A stretch of DNA of 64,000 nucleotides from Lama guanicoe (Eukaryota): positions 2,155,818 through 2,219,817 of the forward strand of contig MU053561.1 in assembly GCA_013239625.1 (NCBI GenBank), written 5' to 3'. Below, piece after piece: positions 53,251 to 64,000 of the stretch. Position 1 is the first letter of the stretch; the number at the start of each line of letters is the position of its first letter. Below the pieces are notes generated by a model that searched no databases, was not told the origin of the DNA, and saw nothing but the letters and a program-made list of their open reading frames with translations. Both the position numbers and the translations under genes were made by a program.

Positions 53251-56200
53251 ACACATATTTATTTACATATATAATATACAGTCTATTGGGAGAGCATGGA
53301 TAATTGAAACTCTGGACAATCCCAAACTTTTATTTTACCTTCTTCTTGACTCAAACTTTTCTCAAGTGTCACTCCCCTTTCTTTGTGCTATGTGACATTT
53401 AAAAGTAGTAAAAAGAGACAAGAAATAGCAGGAAGAAGTAGGGGAAATAGGAAGACAGATATTCAAATGCTTCTTTTCACTGAGGGCTTGAATTTTGCAT
53501 CTGAAACACTGGTAGGACTTTGTGGAAAATCACAGATGAGCCAGTTTCCCATCATTCTTGAAGACTGGGACTGAAGGTCAAATATTTAAAGTTGGTTATT
53601 GGTCATTCTTATATGTCTACAGTCCATTGGACCAGGAATACTTTGGAGTTGATAACTGGAAAGTAGACATTTAGAAGATATTTTCAGCAGAAGAAGAGAA
53701 TGAGCAATATACCTTATAACTCAGCCATTTTATTCTAATCTTGTCTTCTCTAACAATAGCTCCCTGCTACATGCTCTTAAAATACAAGTGCTAATATTAT
53801 GAAAAGTGAATTACATGGAAAGCAATCTAATCTTTTCTAAGAGTGCTAAAAATACCAATCTGCAACCAAGAATGTTTAAACTTTCTTCCCTTTGCCTAGG
53901 ATGCTAGGCAAAGACGAGATTTCAGAGAATACCCCAAGGTCTGAGCATGAGTGAAGCCTTTAGCTTACAGGAGTAAAGATCTTCAGACAAGGACATTCAA
54001 AGTGAACGCCTTATCATTACACTTCGTACCGCGTCTTTAGATGCACAAATCATTATTGTCCATGTCAATTCTCTTGAAGTGGCTGGTGATGGAAGGGTTT
54101 TTTTTTTTTAATGAGGAAACTGAGGCATAAGAGATTGTATTCCTAGACTTAGAACCTAGTGTTAGGTCTCATCTTTTTTTTTCAATCATTTTTGTTTCCC
54201 AGCCTTTCAGTCATGTTACTTGTACTTACTACTGAGCCACCCCCATCCCTCATATTTCCCTAGAGGGATTCCTCCCACTCAGGTTATTATCTAAACATAC
54301 TGTACAGTAACACCTTGAGACTTCTCTTTCCTTGCTTTCTGAGTTAGACCCATTATTTTCTCAATCTTATGTCTCAGTTTACACCTGTCTTACTGAATCA
54401 CATAATTTCCCAAGAAAGACTATATGGGATGTGACCGTACTGTCTGAGAATGTCTTTACTATAAGCTCTACTCTTTATTTTATTTTGTATAGATATCAAA
54501 TTCAAGATTGGAAATTATTTTCTTTCAGAGCTTCTGGAAGGCACTTCTCCAATGTCCTGTAACATCAAGTACACTGGTGAGAAATCTGGTGTTATTTTAT
54601 AGCCTCAATGTGTTCTCAATTCCCCTACTCACACTCAACTCACCTTTCCAAGCTTTAAAATCTTAATTTCGACATTGGTTAAATTTTTTTTCTACATTCA
54701 TTGTGTTGGGCACTTTTCAAACTAAAGATTAGTATCTTTCAGCTCTGCAAAATTTCTCTTCTATTATTTCTTTGATTATTTTGTCTACTTCACTTGCTCA
54801 ATTCTCTCTTCTAAAACTTATTAGTTGTAAATTGGACCTCTTGGACTGATTTTCTTTCAAAATTGATTCTCATATTTAATCTCTTAGTCTTCTTCCTCTG
54901 TATTCTGGAAATTTTTTAAAAATCAATTTTATCCATTGGTCCTTTCACTGAAGTTTTAAATACTTTACATCTCTGAGCTCTCACCTATTACCTAATTGTT
55001 TCTTTTTTTTTTAATAGTATCCTATTCCTATTTTATGAATATATTATCTCAAAGTTCTTTGAATAAAACAGGATGAAAAATGTTTATTTATTGACTTGCC
55101 TCAGTCTCTTCTAGGATCTCCTTTTTGACTTTAAATGTGCTTTACTCTGAAATTAACATGTATAGAGAAAAGCATTAAAACATATATGTTATGCTTATTT
55201 ATGCTTATTATAGAGAACATATAATCTCTGTATAACATATAAACATTTGTATAATCTCTGCTTAGAATAATGCCAGTACCCCAAAAGTCTTTCATGTACC
55301 CCTTCTCAATCATAACTACCAATCCCCAAAAGGTAACCAGTACCTTTATTTTTTAGGTAATCATTTTGATTTTTTTTTATACAGGTATCACCTAATTCCT
55401 TCTCTCAATCATCATTGCTTTGTTTTTCCTACTGGCATATTCAACAGATGGCACCATTCATTCTCCTGTGTCTGGATTCTGTATTGCAACACTTTGTAAG
55501 ATTCAAGCATATTGCTGTACACAGCTATATATCATTTACATGCACTGCTATATGATATCCCATCATATCAATCAACTATTATTTATTTATCCATGTTTAA
55601 GTCTGAAGTGCTGGGTAGCTAGTGTGGGTTTCCTCCACTTACCAGCAAGTGTTCCTCCACTGAGTAGACCTGCTTGTCACTAGGTCTCCCTCCTGAGTGG
55701 GAATTCTGACTAGATGCTTTCTGTGTAGGCCACACTGAGGAAAGGTGGGCTAACTGGCAGGCTTTGCTTTACAGTCAGGAATAGGGTGTGTATTGTGAAA
55801 CTGCAGATCAGCTCAAATTTTAGAATGAAAAGAGGCTTTATTCTGGGGTATCAACATTCATATGAAAAGTCTTACCTTTCCTCAATGAAATCATTCAGTT
55901 TTTTAAAAAAGAGCTTCGTAGTTATGCCTACTGGTAAACGCCATGAGTGATGTGGTGACTAAGAATTTCAGGTGGAGCCCATGTTCCCTATAACGACCTT
56001 GAATAAATACCTGCTTTTAGCTCTATTTTTCAGTTATGTATTCAATTACTTCTTCGTATTGTTTATGAACCCAAAATCTCTGGGATTGCATCCATTGCCT
56101 TTTCTCTAGCCCTTTATAGTACATTCTAGGTGGTACCTCTCTTAGTTCTAGTCACCCACTCTCAGCTGCAAATTTGTTGAAATATCTTGTCCATTATGAT

Positions 56201-56587
56201 CTCCCACTTGCCTCCAATTTTTTTTTTTACTATTATGTGTTTATTCCCATCTATATTTCTGTACCTTCATTTCACTGTGGATGGCTAGCCATAGTGGTAA
56301 AGTTATATAATTTAATCTTCTACCATAAGGCAGAAATCCTAATAAAACTTTCTCAAGTTGACTTCTTGATAATGGATAACTCTGCAATTACTTAATGTTA
56401 TATGTGTTTGACTTATCCCCCCATCTCCTGGATCTGCTCCCACTGTTCATTCTATCACAAACTAAAACTAAAACACGCGGGAGCTTAGGGAATCTGTTTA
56501 CTCCAGTATTTGCTGATGGTGTAGAACTAGTAAGCTTGTAACCACCATGTTATTCAAGATGATTCTACCTGTTATATAGAAAAACTT

Positions 56588-56776
56588 AAAAAAAAATTTT
56601 TTTGTTGAGTTATAGTCAGTTTACAATGTTGTGTCAATTTCTGGTGTATAGCACAATTCTTCAGTCATACATGAACATACATATATTCATTTTCATACTC
56701 TTTTTCACCATGAGCTACTACAAGACATTGAATATATTTCCCTGTGCTGTACAGTATAAACTTGTTTATCTATTTC
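56588..56776 (-). mobile_element. Short camelid-type L1 3' end
   Basis: gtcagtttacaatgttgtgtcaatttctggtgta...ttccctgtgctgtacagtataaacttgtttatctatt. TSD atagaaaa(a/g)ctt at 56576-56587 and 56777-56788. Confidence 0.85.
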
Positions 56777-58974
56777 ATAGAAAAGCTTTTTAAAAACTGT
56801 AACAGTTATATAATGACTCTTGTCAAGACAATCTTTTAACTTCATGCAAAATCCCACCTCCTTCCTGAAACATATACCAACAATAAATGACAAAATATTT
56901 ATTAAAAAGCACAGCCATACTTGGAAAAAAAAACCGTAGTAGGTGAGAAATATAAAGAAACTCAGAGTGTTAAAAGTAGAAGTTTCTATTTCTTGAAAGT
57001 GAAGTAAATAAAGACATCTACAAGTTTATTTACTTCCTCTAAGGTAATGGGGTTCAAAGCAAGCACTGGTGGTGGGGACTCTGGGTACAGAATGAATTAC
57101 CTAGACCAGCAGGAGGAAGCAGAAACAGCCGCACAATTGAAACTGGGATAAACTGCTATATATTTTGGGAATCAGATGTGTAATAGTCTCAGGAAGGCTG
57201 AGATTCCAGTATAAAAAAGGCAAAGTTCTGAACTGATGAGCCAGTGAAGGTATTAATAAAACTGCCAGAAATGAAAGAGCAAGTGAGAGTGGAAAGAAAA
57301 ATACACACACTGTGAAGTTCTGGCTCAAGATAAGCTTGCAAATGAAAATCCCTATGCACAATAGGAAAATTAGTCACGAAAGAACTGCTAACAAATTCAA
57401 GTTTACAAATAGGAGAATTCACTATTCCAAAGAAAAGCATATAACGGAGTAAACTCTAAAAACAAGTTTAAAATTAGTATATTTAAAAAGTGTAATAAGA
57501 GAGAAAATAAATGTATAAAGCCAAAACTAATACAATTACACTGAAAAATTGGCAAATACAGCAGAAGGTTTTAATACAACCTACTTGACAACTGATAGAT
57601 CTATAAGAAAATAAAATAAATAATGAACCTTAAAGTAGTTTTGTTAATGTGCTAAGAAGTTTGAGTTACCTTAAAGGAAATGAGACTCTGCTAAACTGTG
57701 AGCAACTTGACAATATTCATATTATTGGCTTAAGCTTCCTCCTATATCTTATAGCACCAGCATCTTATAGTATCTTATAGTAATGTGTGCTCAATAAGTC
57801 ATTATTAAATGAAGGGCTAAATTTCCATTTTCAAGTGTGAATAGCATTTCACAATTATAATAACTTGTGTTTAAGGTTATCTTTTCTTTTTTTAATGAAC
57901 AAGATCACATTTTTAATAAAATGAATCCATTTTCATACTCTTTTACTCTTTTCAGTTTAGGGAAACAAATAATCAGGGGATGAAGAGCAATACCTAGCAT
58001 AACACCTACTACTTAATAAGTTCAACAAAAAAAGAAGATGAGCATATTAAATACCCAAAGTACTCACTCTTTTAAGTTTTAATAAAATTTCCATACAAAC
58101 ATTTTAAAAATTTTCCTAATTCCCCCAATATGGAGATGTCTCTAATTGTAGTATATTCAATGTTTACATGCAACATACATTGGAAAGATTAAAAAAAAAC
58201 CTTATACTATCTCATCAATGTGGATTATCAGAAGAATGTACAAAAATCTTGATACTAAGATTTCCTTTTTGGAGTTTCAGCATCTCCTGTAAACATATCA
58301 TTGTGCCTAGGGCTTTTTAATTTTCTCACAGCTCAATGTCCAGATAAAATATTTCAAACTACTCAGTTGACTGTAGTGGTAAGAATGTATGCTGTAAAAA
58401 TACCCAAATATCCAATTTCATTCCTCTCCTCTCTCTTAAAAGAGTTTGAACTTATTGCTGCTTCTTTCTCATTAAGTATTTGCTTCCTAATCTTCTGCAT
58501 TTTTCTGGTTGTACCCTACAGCAGAGCCAGACCAAAATGACAACACTACACTTTAACAATCTTTTCTTAGTCCCAACACATCAAATAAATTTTAAGTGTG
58601 TGATAAGATGATTAGATCATGCCAAGAGCATCGTGGAGGATGAATTTGTAAGAGGTGATAACCAAACTGAGGGAGAGAACTGAAGGTCTAAGTTAACAAA
58701 AGGTAAGAAGTGAAGGAACAGATTTTTAGAGTTACTAAGAAGTTAAAAACAACAGAATGAGAGTCTGATCGGACGGTCAAGTTCTTGGCCTATGCCAGAC
58801 TATGCGGAGTGTGAGTGAAATAAGTTACAAGGAGTAAGTTCTAAAGATGAGGTAACATTTTGTACATATTGAATTTAAAGTACCAATTAAATAGTCAGGA
58901 ACAAATATCCTGTACATATGGGGATATGAGTTTAAAGCCCAAGACAAATCAGTAATGAAATACTGACTTATATT

Positions 58975-59163
58975 AGGCGAGGAATTAATTTTTTCTGTAA
59001 ATAGATAACATACACGCTTTGTTGCACGCTCCTCTTTTGTTGTTATTGCTGCTGCTCCTGATGCTTCAACAACCCTTTAAAAATGTATAAAACCATTTTT
59101 AGCTCATAGGTCACACAAAAAAACCCAGGCCACAGGTTAACCTCCTATAGTTTGCAACCGCTG
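58975..59163. mobile_element. MER58C-like MITE
   Basis: ttttttctgtaaa...caaccctttaaaaatgtataaaaccatttttagctc...tagtttgcaaccgctg. Confidence 0.6.
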
Positions 59164-59284
59164 ATTCGGATCTCATCAATACATAAGACATAGTTCATTC
59201 TGTAAGAAGAGATGAGATTGGTGAGGCAAATATGGAAAGGATAAGAAGTAGGAATTCTTAGGAATACATGAAGAGTATGAAATA

Positions 59285-59703
59285 AACTCTCATTCCTTTA
59301 AGGAGGCCTGGCCTTGTATCTTGCTTTGTACAGCTGAATGTGTAAAAAGTAACAGTGTGCCAGTTTCAAGTCTAAATCTTAAGAGGACTTATATGCTTCA
59401 CTTCTTTTCATGGGACCCTGTTTCTGCCATAAACAGAAGCATGGTATAGCCTGATAGATGATGAGAGACCACATGGAATAGAGCTGAATCTTCCCAAATG
59501 CAGCCAAGTTAGATCAGCCAGCCTCCAGGTGACTTGCCAGCTAACCATAGACACATGAGCAAGTTCAGATAAGATCAGTAGATGCCCAACCCAGATTGAC
59601 AGAACCTCTTAAGTCAATCTGCAGATTTTGGAGAAATAATTAATTGCTTTTAGCCAGTAAAGTTTTAGAGTGACTTGTTATACAGCAATAGCTGACTAAT
59701 ACA
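59285..59703 (+). mobile_element. MaLR LTR (MLT1G/H-like)
   Basis: ctggccttgtatcttgcttt...gtgtgccagtttcaag...ttgttatacagcaatagctgactaataca. Confidence 0.7.
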
Positions 59704-60308
59704 TCGTCCTTTTTGGACTATTCTATAGGACAGTCACTAGGCCACATAAGAAATTAATTTCAGTGGGGAAGTAGAGAGCAGAGCCCAGAATGCAATGCAT
59801 TGAGAAGTTAATAGGAGATACAAGAAAAATCAACAAACAAACTATTCCTTTGGAAGGTTTTATCATAATAGGAAGAAGAGATACGGAGAATCCACGAGAA
59901 GGAGGCTATGGCACTAAAGAAGAATTAAAGGAAATACTGAGAGATTTACTGGCTAAAATTTAATATACATATAGTATAACTAAAACAGGAATTCCAAAAA
60001 AGAATGAGTTCAGGAGTTAAGAAGTTGGAATACAGAACACAGCTCAAAGAACAAACACTAGACAGGACAATTAGTGTGCTGCTTTCTCTGAGACTGGAAA
60101 AACAGATAAAACCAAATGAGTAAGTAAATGAAAGTATTAAGTAAAGAGATTTCTTCTATAGGATCTTTATTTTCACTTTGACTTACGAAGCAAAGTCATC
60201 TAGGAAGGGGTAATTAAGTTAAAATTCAAGGGCAACTGTTAGGAGAAATATATACATATATATATACACACACACATATATATATATGTGTGTGTGTATA
60301 TATGTGTA

Positions 60309-60344
<36 letters not shown>

Positions 60345-63300
60345 CATACATAAAATTTTAAAACCAGTAAAGAAAAAAAAACAATGAAACAAAAAAATAT
60401 AAGGCTGCATGGGGGAAGACATTTTAAGAATGCATAATAAATAGAAAAAAAACCCAAACAAGATAATAGAAATTGATTTAGAAAAAGACTTGTGCTTCTT
60501 ACCTGAGTTTACTCTGCAACCTGAAACAGCCAAAAACATTGGACAATGTACATGAAATGATGGTTTTCAAGACACTGAGCATCAGGCAACAAAGGACAGT
60601 GATCTCTGAGAAATGGAAAATGAACAAAGTGATTTCTATGACTACCCCCAGATTACAGCCTCAAAAGTTTCTTGGCAGAGGCACTGGAAGAAATGAGGTA
60701 CAGTCAAGAAAAGACCAAGTCAGCCAGAGTTCATAGCCCAGTGCACCAGAAACAAGAGACTTGCACAGAAAGAGACACTCACATACCTACAAAGGAGTCC
60801 CCTTGAGCATTCAGCAGAGTACCTAGAAGCACATGCATGTAAGGAAACTGAGACTGATCAAAGTTAAAGAGTTGTTGAGGGTACCGGTGATCCAGTTGGA
60901 ACTGGAAATGATAGATTTATAGTGACTTAAAGCTGTATTACTGATGATTTTCAGCAGCAATGCTCAGGAGACTCTGTGGATGAATGCGGAAGGTACATCA
61001 CTGGGTTGATACAAGTACTGGGATTTGCAGGACAGATAACACAGAAGAATAAAAGTACTTGGGCATTGTCACACTGGTCTGGATTCTATGCAGTCTAGGT
61101 TGGATAAGGAAGGAAGCAACAGGTGATTCTGTGGTTCACACATTCAGGATCCTTGCTCCACTGCTCACCTATTTCACTGCTCTACTATTATCCCCAAATT
61201 CACAATTTTCACCATCAATGAGAACCTGAGCATTGCTTGTCAACTTTTCTATGACTCCTTGGTTAGCATTCTTTCTCATTTCCTAAAGCAGATTTAGAAA
61301 TCCCTTCTTCAAAAGACCTCTACAGTTCTACCTTCTTACTTATTGTCAGCAGACAACCAAGCCTTCAAATTCACAGAAAAAAATACAGATCATTGACCCC
61401 AAAATGTATCTTTCAGCTTTCAGCACCCCACCTATCAATTTATCTGTCCCCTTTGCCTGTTAAAAAGGAAGAAATGTTCCTTGTCTACTCTATACACTCC
61501 ATCTAGCTCTGGATCCTAACCACTTCCACTTCCTTTTCAGGAGTCCCCTTCTTGGTTTATCTTCAACTTCTACCCTTCAACTGAAACTACCTAATTATTA
61601 TGCTTATAATTAACATCTTAAAATAATCTAATCTTTCTTGTTTCTACCATACTCTTTTGGGTTTGATATCCATCAAATGTTTATTGAAATAATGAAGAAA
61701 GAGAAATCATGGATGATGTCTAGACTTCTTGCTGGGACAAATGGGTGAACAATGAAAATTGGTAGTACTAGAGGGGGAAACGGCTTAAAGTGGAAAGAGT
61801 TTGAATTTGGGGCATGTTGCTTTGAGGGACTAGCTGGGTATTTAAAGAGATATAACAGACAATCAGATTTGTGCAAATTCAGAGAGCTAAGTTAGGGGTA
61901 TACATTTGGGAGTTATATAAAAATGTATTTGAGCCAGGGGAGTTCATTCAGAGAGAATGCATGAAGTGATTAAAGGACACAAACTTTGAAGCATGGCATT
62001 CATAAAAGTCATTAAAATTATATGTAGGGCATTTTTTAATTTTGTACTTTGGTCTCACACATATACTTCTGGATATGTTGTAGATCTGAGGATTAACAAA
62101 TACAGGAAAAGAAAACATAAAAAAGATATAACAAAATTAAAGTAGGTGAAATAACAAGAAAAAAGCAGGGAAAGGCAAAAGTCCTTGGCATCATGGTTTA
62201 GGGGGAATTATTTTAGATACGTGAATTACTGCCAGGGTTACAGATTTAGTTACAGGTTACTTAGGTTATAGGATTTAGTCCCAGTCCTGCATGACAGGTT
62301 CTCTCTAGCTCTTCTAAACTGCTGTTTCAGTGGAGGTTTATATGCTTAATAAATAAACACACAGCAGAAGTCTGGGATCCATGGTTAACTATGGAATTTA
62401 CCACCCAGTAGTCTGCATTTCTTACTTGAACCATTAAACCATGCCTGCCTAGGTGTCAAATTTGATGAACATGTCACTCCCAGGTTTGAAATTTAGAAAC
62501 TGGTAACACATTATAAAGTACTACTGAATACCAATGGTTCCTATTATCTGTCTCAGCATGTCATGAAGTTAATGGCAGATTTCTAAGAATCTATTTCTTG
62601 AAGTGTTCTTACAGAAAATTCTGAAATAAAAGTTAGTATTTGTATCTTGTCGTTCAGTTTATGTAGCATTTTCAAATATATTATCTCATAAATAGACCCA
62701 CATGATTATTTTATTAAAATAAGTACAATCAGAAAAGATGAAGAAACAAAGGCATGAGGTTCAACAACTTACCTCAAATATTAAGCAATTATTAAGCAGG
62801 AAAGTCTGGATTAGCCTTCTAACTCTAAATATCATACCAATTCTTGTTTTTTCCATAAGGTTTAAATCAGTAGTACCAAATTTAATAAATCAGTAATGAC
62901 AAATTTCCTATATTTTATTCACTTAAGTCATTAAATGTCATAGGCTAAATATTGTACTCAGAAAACTAGTGAAAAAATAAAGTTAAAAAAAAGATACTAA
63001 CGATGTGCCTTTAAATCTAGGTTTCTTACTATATTCTTTTATATCTGTTGCCAAGTACTCTTCCTGAAGGTAATTACCATAATTATTCTCTGTGATTGCT
63101 GTGTGCATGTCACAGACATTATCATTACTCTAATTATAATACAGTTAGCCAAAGCTGAATTGTTACATTTCAGCTCAACTCCCTGTTTGTTTTGCAGACT
63201 ATTTATAGTTATGACAGATGTATACTGTTCAAAATATAATAATGGAACTTGATATACTTTTCAGAAGCTGATATAAAATATACAAAAACACTGAAAGGAA

Positions 63301-63549
63301 CAAATTGGACAATTTAATAAGGATTGCAGCTGCTAAAGGGGATATTAGGGCAGTTCCCCTAGAATTTTAAAAACCTCTTGCCAAAACAACCAGTGAATAG
63401 CTCTTTTTATAACATTCTCAAAATTAATAACTGCTGAGAGTGAATATACTCTAAAGAAGTAACTTGAATTTATTCTGTGGGAAAAACAAGTATGAATGAA
63501 AAAACTTTTTCACTGCAGTTTTGTATTATAAATAAATAAATAAATAAAT

Positions 63550-64000
63550 ATATAATGAAAGTTGCCATTTTTACCATTTTTAAGTGGACTATTCAGCGGC
63601 ATTAATTACATTCACAGTGTTGTACAAACATCACCATTATTTCCAAAACTTTTTCATTACCCCAAATAGAAACTCTGTACCTATTAAGTAATAACTCCTC
63701 ACTCTCCTCTCACCCAAGCTCCTGGTAACCTCTAATATATTTTCTGTCTCTATACATTTGATAATTCTAGGTATTTGATATAACTGGATCATACAGTATT
63801 TTTCCTTTTGCAATTGCCTTTTTTCATCTTGGCATAATATTTTCAAGGTTCATCTATGCCACAGCATGTATAAGAACTTCATTCCTTTTTACAGCTAAAT
63901 AATATTCTATTATCTGTATATACCACATTATGTTTATCCTTCTGTTGAACACTTTGGTTGTTTCTACCTTTGGATATTGTGAATGAGATCTTGCTTTCAG
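63550..64000 (-). mobile_element. L1MB-like 3' region running off the window end
   Basis: gcattaattacattcacagtgttgtac...ccaaatagaaactctgtacctattaag...ttttcaaggttcatctatg. Confidence 0.8.

Overview
This is AT-rich, CpG-poor, repeat-dense mammalian genomic DNA, not prokaryotic. It is most likely camelid (alpaca/camel), judged from two tRNA-derived Vic-1-type SINEs and young L1 3' ends. It holds the 3' half of MAN1A2 (Golgi class I alpha-1,2-mannosidase IB, GH47) on the minus strand. Five coding exons (9-13 by human numbering) lie at 49487-49372, 47078-46859, 44023-43851, 40375-40260 and 7576-7444. All have canonical splice sites and continuous phase, and a probable long 3' UTR runs to about 1650. 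The rest is intron filled with L1, L2, L3, MIR, LTR and DNA-transposon remnants, including a full-length ~3.37 kb Tigger2-type element. I found no new multi-gene system. The notable items are genome-dynamics events: a young L1 with both a twin-priming 5' inversion and a 3' transduction, a second TSD-bounded insertion suggesting a 3'UTR-less L1 source, a near-identical 2.2-2.5 kb tandem duplication that may be an assembly artefact, and two short locally templated copies. Repeat family names come from recalled consensus sequences, not a search, and boundaries of old repeats are approximate.
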